This document shows, in pieces, positions 45,683 to 56,803 of a DNA stretch of 64,000 bases (the stretch's first letter is position 1; every line of letters begins with the position of its first letter). The stretch spans positions 30,938,001 to 31,002,000 of the forward strand of contig OZ076412.1 in assembly GCA_964187785.1 (NCBI GenBank), in the 5' to 3' direction. This DNA comes from Amphiscolops sp. MND2022 (Eukaryota). The notes beneath the pieces are model-generated. The model was not told where the DNA came from and did not search any database. It saw nothing but the letters and a program-made list of their open reading frames with translations. Both the position numbers and the translations under genes were made by a program.

Positions 45683-47246
45683 TGTCGTGACTCTTGGTCA
45701 ATATGTCATGATCTTCGTCACTTGATTGGGAAACATCAGAGTTTCCACTAAAGTATTCTCGTCGACTACTATTAGCCAAAATAGGCTTTGAGTTCATTTT
45801 CAATGCATTTCTAGCATTTTCCTCTCCGGCGGTCCTGTTTAGTCTACCGGACCTCTGGTCCATTTCTTCCCGAAACACAGAATTTTGATTAGTCATGGTA
45901 TTTTGGATATTTGGAAAGTTTCTCTCATTGATTAGTGAATTTATAGTCGCAGCTATTTGGGAATTTAAGTCCCTTTTCAATTCCTCCATTTTCTTGGAAA
46001 CTTCTGAATTTACTAGCCTCACGGTCTCAATAGTAGATTCACTGTTTTCCCTACTATTTGAATTTGAAAGCGATCTGAAATCCTCGCTATTTTGGACTAC
46101 GTCCTGTCTAGTCCTGTCAGACCCAAGGTCCACTTCATCATTTCTATCGTCGGAATTAACTTCTAATTGATTTCTTGAGTACGAACCCAACATTACGTCT
46201 AGATTCTCTACACCAGACATCAAGTCCACTTGCCTTCAGCTCCTTCCTTTCGCTCTTTGTTTTCTAGTGGAAGGCATAAGAGATTATTGCAAGAGGTAAG
46301 AATTTAAATTAATTTTCTTAAGCTTGCAAACACAGTTTATTTGAACGGATTTATCAAACAGTTTATAACAGCGTCAGAACAATTGTGTTCCCCGGGACTA
46401 CGAGTCCCGGTTGTTTTTATGCAACACTGCATGACACTCAATATTTTAACAGTCATGAACTGAAAATAGCCTTAAGGGCTTTCTAAATATAGCCAATGCT
46501 ATAAATAGTAACAAGCATCATCATGACGCTATATACATCAAAGGGCCTTTCCGACAGTTAACATGGCGGGAAGCCCGTGAGTCCATACGGACAATAAACG
46601 ATTTACATGCATAAAACTAAACAGGATACATGTATTTCAACACTCGTTAGGATTGCATGAATTATATGAAGATGCACTGATAGCACGTTGTCTGTCGTAG
46701 TTCATAAGTCCTTTGAGGACTAATAATGCATCATATGGGAAATTAAAGCACCAACAATTATGCAATTGATAATATTCACCAGCTAGCGCTTTTAATTTAG
46801 TTACGGACTCAGCGTCCCATAGACATGAACGGACAAGCGCTTTATTGACAAGCGACATATGGCCGTCTAATCCTTTGATTAAATAACTCAGTACAGCAAC
46901 AAATGAAAGTAATACTGCGCTCTGATTGGTTAATATTTAACCGGACTAGCTGTCCACTAGCCATAAGTGAGAGATTTATTTAGGTGGACAGCCGTGAATG
47001 GCCTTTAAATGAAAGTTAACAGCACTTAAAATGCAAATTAGGACTCAATGTCCGACTGCCGCAAACGTACTGGTTTATTAGTTGACAATCGGTGAACGGC
47101 CATCACGTCCAATAATTAAAAGCACTAAATCAGAGCACTCATACTAATACTGCAATATGATTGGTCTAAATGAAACCGGACTGGCTGTCCAAGACGACAC
47201 AAAGGGACATAAAATAAAATAAGATCACAGGTGGCAGCCTGCGACA
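45683..47246 (-). repeat. 3' LTR (1564 bp), includes the gag N-terminal 198 codons
   Basis: About 15 substitutions versus 53898-55461 (by-eye count); gag ATG at 46277; frame reads out into the flank, stopping at 45621. Confidence 0.95.
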
Positions 47247-47256
47247 CTCCCCCTGG
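47247..47256 (-). promoter_or_regulatory. Polypurine tract (CCAGGGGGAG) abutting 3' LTR
   Basis: ctccccctgg on + immediately right of the LTR start. Confidence 0.8.
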
Positions 47257-48746
47257 CATAAGGAGAAACGTCCCTGCTGACCCCACACTGAAACGGTCCA
47301 TGTGGTTGTCTTCATCGCTTGATAGATTACTGTGCCGTCCAACTTTGGTTATTAGGACAATAGGTCTCTTGAATGATGTCCGAAACACATTGCAATCATT
47401 TTATATGCTGTAACGAGAACATTTTACATGTATAGAAGCAACAAACTATATGGCCTTCATGTCCACAAAATTTTGCAACACTCATAATACATGTGACATG
47501 GCTACATAATAATCTTCGTTAGTGGATAAAATATCGTGTGGGGACTATTTTACTAACATCAAGGATTCGTGGACTGTCCTTGGTCAGGGGACACCAAAGA
47601 CTGGTGTCAAAGCATCGGTAAGTATTGATTAAAATACATTTCAACTGCTTCATATTAGCGCAAGATTGTCAAGTTAATAGAATTGCTTTAAATAAAGGAA
47701 AGCCACAATGGCTGTCTGTCGTATTAGTACGTCTCTAAATACTGCATGGCCAGCGTGGTTTTCAATTCTGTTTACTGCGTACAATTAATAAGAGCACTGA
47801 ATGGCGGCATGTGATGGGATGATTTGAAATAAGGCCCTGTGGTCCGCTACGACAGGCTGACTACAGCGCGTCACCGTACTCGTACATTTAATTTAATTGA
47901 GCACGTACACGTATTTAATCACAGCACTAATAATATAAATATGTAAGCGCTTCTGATTGGTCAGTCTAAATTTGGACCTGTGGTCCACCGCGCCAAGCCA
48001 AAAGACATTTGAACAATAATAGTACAGCGCTGGAACAGTAGCATCAAAGTTTTGTAATAATAAGGCCTTGTCGTCCAAGCGCCCTCTACTGCCAAGCTGT
48101 CTACGGCGCATGGCCGTACTCGGTCATTGAATTACAGCAATAGTAAATGACTGAAATACTGCATAATACTAGCATTCAAAAATACAAGTGAACAGCACCA
48201 ACTTTTGAATGACGATTAAGGCCGTAGCCGGCTGTCTGCCGTATCCGGCCTTTTATTTGAAGGCAACAAATAATTAGCACAATAATAGCACAAGTGAATG
48301 AATAATAAGCGCTGATTGGATAATAAAGTAAAAGGACTGCACGTCGATTTGACTAGTTGAGGCGTCCATTGGAACGCGTTTCCTTTCAACGTTCCAGTTA
48401 CTTTTATACTGCAAATTGATATTTCAAGCTTCTAGCTTTCTGGTTTACCTGTGAAATAGATACCAATCATAATAAATTAATGAATGAACTATAATTGTAC
48501 AATATTTTGCATGTTAAGCACAGGAAAACAATTTTAACTATAAGTCGCACTTAGGCGAATGGACCGACGGTCCGTAAAATTTTAAAATTGTATAAATAGA
48601 CAGTTTATAAAGACTAGATGTTTAAAAAAGTCGTTCAAACGTGGACTGGCGGTCCACGTGGTCTATAGAGGCAAAACTCTTCTATCGTTTGCCATCACTT
48701 GGTACAAATTCTCATCGCAGACGGCAGCCTGCGACACTCCCCTGGG
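47257..48746 (-). repeat. Internal diverged duplicate of PPT + LTR-start/U3 module
   Basis: Second PPT (CCCAGGGGAG, 48737-48746) followed by TGTCGCAGGCTGCC at 48736; shares CCAAT and GGAC-N5-GTCC motifs with the true LTR. Confidence 0.75.
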
Positions 48747-50477
48747 TACGAGAAAAATTGAGCCCGCTCGCAACCCAGCCTGAGAAGCATCTATTCTGCG
48801 TTGTCTTGTTGTGTAGGATTCTCCTGCCCGGTCGATTTGTTCACTATTTAGCTCGGAATCAAAGAAGCTTCCTTGGCTGCATAGTGTGCTAGCAAAAGAT
48901 CCGTTGTCTATACAGCCAGATAGGACCACAGTCATCAGAGAATTGTAGAGACGTTTCAACTTTATGTATATTCAGAAAGAATTTCTTTGCAAATGTCGAA
49001 ATTTAAGTGAGTCGACTGATCGGTCGGATGAAATTGAGATGAACGAAATCAAGATGTTATGATGAATAAATACACTGTGTACTTCAAAGACCAGCGGTCT
49101 ACGCATCTAGCTTCGACTAACTAGCCAATCAAATTCTGCCATTAAATAAATGAATTTTCTGAATGAAATATCAAAATGGCGAAGATCGATGAAATATAGA
49201 AATTGTAATGATGGTAATTTTAATAAGAAAACAAAATGATAAAATGATGGTAAGAAGGAATAGTGGTCCAGTGTACATCACTGGCAGGTTCCGAAACACC
49301 GAAAATCATGCTGAAAGTTTAGTTGAAATAAATAGTAACTTCGGTAGTAATGAAATAGTTTGCATGTAGCCACGACGTCCTTTAATGAAAGTCATATTAA
49401 AGAATGCAATAACTAGATAATTAACCTCCTCAATAGTCGAATTTGGTAGTAATAAGTAAGTATAGGAAAATGGGACTTGTAGTCGAATTGTCGTAGAGCA
49501 CCTTAAACCAATTTGATAACTAACACGCTCAACAGTATAGCACTCAAATTCTTTATCTTCCTTGTTACATTTTGTATTCGAATCTTTGATTATCATTCTC
49601 CAGGGTCAGTTTAGCCGATTAGACCACAACAGGTTAATTTTGTGACAGTTTTGTCTCATCAGCAGCATCCTCACGCAGTTTTGCATTTCTTGGACTTCAA
49701 GTCTATCAGACCCTGCTTGACCTGAGTCAGTATTTGTCCCTTAGCTGTTTCCCGATCACCAATTCCAACATAATAGTAATCTTTCCAAATCATGGACGTC
49801 AGCCTTCCAGTCCAACAGTTGAAGTTCGACAGACAAATTCTGCTTGCCAATTTAGACAAACATCAGGTTGGTTCTTTAAAATATTTTGTCAAATTTGAGC
49901 TTGATCAGGGCTTCCCATTGACTAAGTTTTCACTTCCTCCATCGTAAAATATTCACCCATAGGTATGAACAGATAATGAATTTGCTTTCGAAAGGCTTTC
50001 AAACGCGATAAGATGGATTTTTATAGCGGAAGTAGATCGCATGAATTTATTTCTTTCCGTTTAGGCAAAGAAATGAGTGGCCAACCGAATCCAAAATCAA
50101 CTGAGGTAATAGAGATGAGTCCCAACAAATTGAGTCAATCCCCGAACCAGAGGTCGCTGGACGCCCAGTAGACACGAGGTCCTTAGTTGAGCTGTCATCA
50201 ACGAGCAACACTGAAAGTTGTGGGGCATACTTCACAAGAAAGATGGAGTCATTAGGAGCTGAAGAACGGATCCCAGCCGTAATTGAGGGACAAATCCCAG
50301 AACAGGATAAAGCTAAATCATTATTTGCAGTTGCCATTTGTGGCCTTTATATTGTACGCCACTAAGTTGCTTTGTCGACGGGTATTTATTTCAAAAGAAG
50401 TCAGAATAGTCCCAAGTAAAAATACATGTCCTTGAGGACAGATAGCAAGAAAAGGACTTCGCAATTTAATATTCTGA

Positions 50478-51222
50478 CTAGTATCTGTATTCTTCAGAGT
50501 AGTTGGGGGTGGGGTTAGGGCGAAGGTTGTTTCTTCTTCCCCTAGGGCTTTCATTTTCTACAAACACTCCGTCTTCTTCACTTTGTAATACTTCGGGCAC
50601 GATAGTATCTCTCCCCCCTGAGGATGTTTTAACATCAGGAGTTGATTCATTGTCACTTTCGTGCATTATTTGATCAGGAAGACTTTCTGCAGTCACGTCG
50701 CGTCTGGTGGACCGTAGGTCCACATCGGTCAGAATTTTATCTGGTTGCTCAGCAATGTCAGCAGCGTCGCTCGTAGTCTCTGCTCGTTCAGTCGGTAGCT
50801 CGTAGGTCGCATTACGTCGACCAGACTCAAAGTCTCCAAAGTTCGTTTCCCACGTAATTACGTATAAATCGTCTTGAGGAATGTCAATTTCGTCATCAGG
50901 CTGCAAATTCCTTCCGGTCGAGCGCCCTTTAGTGGAACATTTGGCATGTATTTCCGTAGTCGAGAAGTGTTGTGATTATCCCGTAGCAATGGAGAAACGC
51001 CAATTCGACAAGAATATCCTCCTTGAGGTTGATTGTCGTTGGTAGACTTTGGCTATAGATAGGGGAATCGTCTTTTGGAGTCAATTTAACCTTAAATTCC
51101 TCATTCATTCCTATTTCGAATCGATGTCGAGGACAAATATTGTAAAGCTCGACTAAAAGGTCTTCTATACGTGCACCCTCGTCCTGTTGGAGCATGCATT
51201 CTGAACTGTCGAAGTTGGTCAA
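50478..51222 (-). pseudogene. pol remnant: start of RT fused by deletion to integrase C-terminal tail
   Basis: IGMNEEFKVKLTPKDDSPIYSQSLP..LKEDILVELA..YGIITTL breaks near 50965 into QPDDEIDIPQDDLYVITWE...NLRPNPTPNYSEEYRY*. RT core, RNase H and IN core are missing. Confidence 0.8.
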
Positions 51223-51305
51223 GAATTTCCGCCTGGACTCGGGGTTGTCCTGGAGGTTGAGTTCTTGAAGGTTCTGTAACTAGTTCAGAATGTGTTTCTG
51301 AATAA

Positions 51306-52787
51306 CTAACTTGTTTCTGAATGGGCGCATGTTGCTGAGGGCCCCCGGGGTCTTCCGGAGTAGGAACGAATAGCCCTCCTTAAAATCCTCAGGCTTTGTA
51401 GATTTGATAAACTGCTGGCATAGAAATCAGCATTTTCAGGATAGTCCTGTAGAGGGTGCCATGTGATCACCGGGTCTATAGGTTTGACGAATTTCATTTG
51501 TTTCGGCGTGAGAACAGAAATTTGCGAACCCCGTCTTAGGGTATAAGGATGATCCGTGAAATTGTTCACATGGATCATGGTTCGACCTTGGGTCAATCTG
51601 ACCAAGGCAGCACAAAGTGCAACATCATCATCCTCAGCGATGGTAGAGCTCGGCTGAAGTATGGCTGTGACCGTAGTGTCTGCATACATTTGGAAATTTA
51701 TGTTTATGGAGATCAATTGCCTGCCATTTGGGAGAATTGTGATGTCCTCCTTTGTACTGATAGGCTCCATGACTTTCGTATACTTGTGATACGCTGTCTT
51801 TAATTGCATCGAGAAAAAGGGGAAATTTAAGAGTCCTTGTCTCATATCCAAAAAGGTATCGTTCCGCTGAAGGTACGAAAAACCAATTAACGGACTTGTG
51901 GGTTTTTCCATAACTATGAAAATCTCGTGAAAATCTATATCGCTGACTTCAAATTTCAGTTCGACAGTGCTCTTTGGAGTTTCCAACTGCCCATTCGCTA
52001 CCATTAATTGGAAATTGGGTGCTGGGCCCTCTTTGTCAATTGACTGAGGGGCTAACAATCGGATTTTACATAGATCAGCTTCTGGGATCGCGCTAGATAG
52101 GGCTCCCGTGTCTACAAGGCCATTTAATGTAAGTTCGCCAAAATCCATAAAAAAATAGAGCATTCGTCGTTTATATTTGAGTCCAAGGTTGGTTGTCAGC
52201 GGTACATAATCTGGCTCGTCATTTCTGTTGACCAGGGTGTTCAGAATTCGTGCTTCGACGGCCGTGGTCAAAGAGACTTGCGGTCCAGTATGGTAGAATT
52301 CGTCTGCTGACTCATCGTGTGCCGGTGACACGTAAGAATTAGTTCTTGTTTGTAACGGGTCAACTAGAGCTTTAGTCAGAGCATGGTTTAATGTCCTGTC
52401 AGTTACGCGACAGCCAGGTTCGATTTCGGTGTCTTGTTTGTTGAAATCTTCATGGAATTGTAACTCATGCTGATTGTAGATTTGAATGTCCCAATAGGGG
52501 TCAACACCGTAGTCAGGGTCCATATAGTAGGGGTTATAATTGGGTATTGCTGGTAGAGGACGGATACAGTCCGTAGTCAAGTCACGTCCGTCGGACCAGT
52601 TGTCCAACGTGCGAAAATGAGTAGAGGTGGTGCTCATTGGCTGCTGCCAGTCACCTGATGAGTCTCCCTTAAGTGAAGAATAATATTCGAAACAAAATAC
52701 AGTAGAAGGGTCAGAAATTATATACTGTCTGACACGTAGTTCTTCATTAAATTGGAGTCGTGGCAAAATTAGTTTTTTGAGTTTTTT
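51306..52787 (-). pseudogene. pol N-terminus: spacer and aspartic protease (-1 frame to gag)
   Basis: GLVDTGALSSAIP, LMVANGQL, LIGFSYLQRND; entered via AAAAAAC heptamers at 52772-52787. Confidence 0.85.
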
Positions 52788-54492
52788 AAGATAGAGAGAT
52801 AGAGGTGGGTTGCTTGTTGTTAGCATCATGTGGGCTAGTGGACGCATCGTCCTGTTTTGCGTCCTCCAATTTGAGGTTTTTGGGCTTGAGGTGGGCTCCG
52901 GCGCCTTTCCAACACCGTTCCGCCGGGTGGTTTATTTTGTCACAAGTCGGACATTTGGGATATTCTTTCTTGGTATCCTGCCCTTCGTTGCGTTTTTGTT
53001 CCTCCTTTCTGCTGAGCTTCCGGCAGTCGTCCTTGACGTGCCCGGGTTTTTTGCAATAGTTGCAGGTGATATTTGGGTCAATACCCGAAGAAAGAAGGCC
53101 AGTTCCCGGTCGTGTTGCTGTAGGGGCAGTTGACATTGTGGGTACTGGAATGTCGTTACCTTCCTCAAGTCCATTAAGCTCTAATTCTCGCTCCAAGTGG
53201 GTGACAATTTCCTCATATGAAGCGTTTTCCAGTCGTGCCATATTGACGGACCTTTTGAGTCTTGGGGGCAATTTGGCGTACAATAGGCTGTCTATCATCG
53301 CCTGGGCGTTTTCACCGAACGCCTTTTCCGCACCCTGATTTAATTCTTCAAGAAAGTCCGGCAATTTCATAGTGTTTGGATCAAACACTAATTTATTCCA
53401 TTTGTGCTTGGCAGTTGCCTGAGATTCTGGTTTGACGTACTTGCGTCTGAAGACTGCCAGTACATCTTCCAAGGTTTGCCTATTAGCAGTGCTAATATTG
53501 CGGAATGTTTGTAAGGCATTTTTCCTTGATAGGGAGTGAAAATGATTGATTTTCATCGTTTCTGTCATTTCCGGCTGCATCTTTATCATGGTATGAAAAA
53601 GATCTTCAAAGAGTTCGAATTTCTCCGACTTGCCATCAAACGTCAGTGTGGTGGTGCTGACCGGTCGTACCATCAGTGTTTGTGGTGATAATTTGCTATT
53701 CATTCCGACCAGCATATCCGCAAGGCGTCTGATAGGGTCTGAGTTATCGTTGGCACTTGTCCCTTGGACCGGAGGGTTATTCTCCGAAGACTGACCAAGT
53801 GGGGGATTTGGATTCTGTGTGTCGATTTGGCAGTGCATGGGCCGTCCAGTAAGAAATTCAGGAACTGTACGAGGGGTAGGTTTGGCTCCTGTCACCATGT
53901 CGTGACTCTTGGTCAATATGTCATGATCTTCGTCACTTGATTGGGAAACATCAGAGTTTCCACTAAAGTAGTCTCGTCGACTACTATTAGCCAAAATAGG
54001 CTTTGAGTTCATTTTCAATGCATTTCTAGCATTTTTCTCTCCGGCGGTCTTGTTTAGTCTACCGGACCTCTGGTCCATTTCTTCCCGAAACACAGAATTT
54101 TGATTAGTCATGGTATTTTGGATATTTGGAAGGTTTCTCTCATTGATTAGTGAATTTATAGTCTCAGCTATTTGGGAATTTAAGTCCCTTTTCAATTCCT
54201 CCATTTTCCTGGAAACTTCTGAATTTACTAGCCTCACGGTCTCAATAGTAGATTCACTGTTTTCCCTACTATTTGAATTTGAAAGCGATCTGAAATCCTC
54301 GCTATTTTGGACTACGTCCTGTCTAGTCCTGTCAGACCCAAGGTCCACTTCATCATTTCTATCGTCGGAATTAACTTCTAATTGATTTCTTGAGTACGAA
54401 CCCAACATTACGTCTAGATTCTCTACACCAGACATCAAGTCCACTTGCCTTCAGCTCCTTCCTTTCGCTCTTTGTTTTCTAGTGGAAGGCAT
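52786..54492 (-). pseudogene. gag: gag starting inside the 5' LTR; TGA at codon 14
   Basis: ATG at 54492, TGA at 54451-54453, next ATG at 54435; TFDGKSEKFELFEDLF capsid-like region; CNYCKKPGHVKDDC and CPTCDKINHPAERC knuckles. Confidence 0.88.
53880..53897 (-). promoter_or_regulatory. Primer-binding site inside the gag reading frame
   Basis: TGGTGACAGGAGCCAAAC begins at the base following the LTR end. TGGTGAC fits a tRNA-Trp-like 3' end; the rest is unassigned. Confidence 0.65.
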
Positions 54493-55461
54493 AAGAGATT
54501 ATTGCAAGAGGTAAGAATTTAAATTAATTTTCTTAAGCTTGCAAACACAGTTTATTTGAACGGATTTATCAAACAGTTTATAACAGCGTCAGAACAATTG
54601 TGTTCCCCGGGACTACGAGTCCCGGTTATTTATATGCAACACTGCATGACACTCAATATTTTAACAGTCATGAACTGAAAATAGCCTTAAGGGCTTTCTA
54701 AATATAGCCAATGCTATAAATAGTAACAAGCATCATCATGACGCTATATACATCAAAGGGCCTTTCCGACAGTTAACATGGCGGGAAGCCCGTGAGTCCA
54801 TACGGACAATAAACGATTTATAAGCATAAAACTAAACAGCAAACATGTATTTCAACACTCGTTAGGATTGCATGAATTATATGAAGATGCACTGATAGCA
54901 CGTTGTCTGTCGTAGTTCATAAGTCCTTTGAGGACTAATAATGCATCATATGGGAAATTAAAGCACCAACAATTATGCAATTGATAATATTCACCAGCTA
55001 GCGCTTTTAATTTAGTTACGGACTCAGCGTCCCATATACATGAACGGACAAGCGCTTTATTGACAAGCGACATATGGCCGTCTAATCCTTTGATTAAATA
55101 ACTCAGTACAGCAACAAATGAAAGTAATACTGCGCTCTGATTGGTTAATATTTAACCGGACTAGCTGTCCACTAGCCATAAGTGAGAGATTTATTTAGGT
55201 GGACAGCCGTGAATGGCCTTTAAATGAAAGTTAACAGCACTTAAAATGCAAATTAGGACTCAATGTCCGACTGCCGCAAACGTACTGGTTTATTAGTTGA
55301 CAATCGGTGAACGGCCATCACGTCCATTAATTAAAAGCACTAAATCAGAGCACTCATACTAATACTGCAATATGATTGGTCTAAATTAAACCGGACTGGC
55401 TGTCCAAGACGACACAAAGGGACATAAAATAAAATAAGATCACAGGTGGCAGCCTGCGACA
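53898..55461 (-). repeat. 5' LTR (1564 bp)
   Basis: Direct repeat of 45683-47246. Confidence 0.95.
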
Positions 55462-55965
55462 GACGTCTTCAACATCATCACAATGTGAAGCTTGAACCAG
55501 TTTGTTGCGTTCAAAAGTTCATGTCAAGATGACATGACAGTGACTTGAGTTGTATTAGGGAGAGTGCTCGGTAAAATTTCGCCACCGCTGAAATTCTTTA
55601 TACAGAATACAAGTTTTCACTGCTACGGCAGCCTGCAACACCATTTACAAAATTTTTGACCTTCAACGGTAAAAAGGTCGTGAGGATAAATTTTAAGTCT
55701 TTCTGGATGTTGTGGCCATTTTTACAAATAAAGTTAGATTTTGCTTGCTTTTGACTGAAGCTTGTCTTGGATTCTTTTGCAACTTTATCGAATCAATAAT
55801 CGACACCTAAACTGTAACTTTGTTTTTATAAAGATTAACCCTTTAGCATTCTGAAAAGCGCAGTGGTGCCCACTAGTGTTTACATGGTAGCATAAAAGGT
55901 GCGTTTTTGAGGTAACGGTGCAGTTCCTCTCTTGATGAGACTTGATTATTTTGTAAACTGTTTAG

Positions 55966-56079
55966 TCAAGGCAGAGAAGCAGCGAGATTCGAAGATGGTC
56001 AACAAACAGAAGCCGTTCCACACGGTCTCAGGTGTCTCCTACGAGTCAATCCGCAACAGACCCAAGATTGATTTCTCAA
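55966..56079 (+). CDS. Host gene exon e (repeat 2)
   Basis: tgtttag acceptor, gtacca donor, 114 nt, phase 1-1: VKAEKQRDSKMVNKQKPFHTVSGVSYESIRNRPKIDFS. Confidence 0.78.
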
Positions 56080-56669
56080 GTACCACCCTGTTCAAGCTTA
56101 TTTGTTTAAATTCATTGTGATTATTGATTTTCGCAGTGCCACTGCATCATGCTTCGATTACGACTCAGCTTGAAATTTCAATAATTCTTTAAGCTGAAAC
56201 GCCGAACAAAATTGATAATTTATAAAATTTTATCCAATCGCATCCCTTGTTAATTTTTGAAATGGAGTTTTCCAGAAAATTCATATTAATTTTCACAATC
56301 CAAAAGAAAAAACATCGAGTTCATTGAATAAACAGATCAAATATAAAGGCGAGCAGGAAAATTATCAAAAGAATAACGTCTAAATGCAAAACGGGACTAG
56401 CGTCTAAAGCCAAGTCATGCTCATTCCCTATCTTATTACCTAGAGTTTTCGACGTTATTCCTTTAGATGTTATTCACGAAACACTTTTAGACATTATTGC
56501 TTAGACGTTATTCTCGCCTCTAAAATAGAAATGTAACTGACTGTGCTTAAATGGATAGAACCATGAGACCTTCAGCTAACTGTATGGTATCGAGGAACGG
56601 GGCTTTTCAAAGTAGTGACATTGGGAGCATTTGATTGTTTTGACTTAATTGGATTATTTATCTGCCTAG

Positions 56670-56803
56670 AGAGGAAAGAAGGTCGAGAGGGAGAGGAAAG
56701 CAGAACTAGGAAGCAGAAACCGTTCCACTCGGAGTCAGGAATACCGTATGCGGACATCAGGAAGAGGGTACCTCTACCCGACTGGTACTACACGAGACGT
56801 TAG
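56670..56803 (+). CDS. Host gene terminal coding exon f (repeat 3, stop)
   Basis: cctag acceptor, phase 1: KRKEGREGEESRTRKQKPFHSESGIPYADIRKRVPLPDWYYTRR*. ATTAAA at 56886-56891 is a possible poly(A) signal. Confidence 0.82.

Larger units (their letters stand above)
45683..55461 (-). mobile_element. Ty3/Gypsy LTR retrotransposon (9,779 bp), internally deleted, with gag-containing LTRs
   Basis: 1564-bp direct repeats with TGTCG...CGACA termini, exact 5-bp TSD GACGT (45678-45682 / 55462-55466), PBS at 53897, PPT at 47247, gag CCHC and protease. Confidence 0.96.

Noticed and set aside
6000-52670. Hammerhead ribozyme cores (CTGATGAG at ~6017 minus, ~40525, ~52655)
   Set aside because: No matching GAAA core with flanking helices seen, and two hits lie inside coding frames. 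A covariance-model search would be needed to exclude them fully.
45683-55461. DIRS/Ngaro (tyrosine-recombinase) element with split direct repeats, or two tandem elements sharing an LTR
   Set aside because: The 5-bp TSD, TG..CA termini, PBS/PPT and an aspartic protease identify a single integrase-type Gypsy with long gag-containing LTRs.
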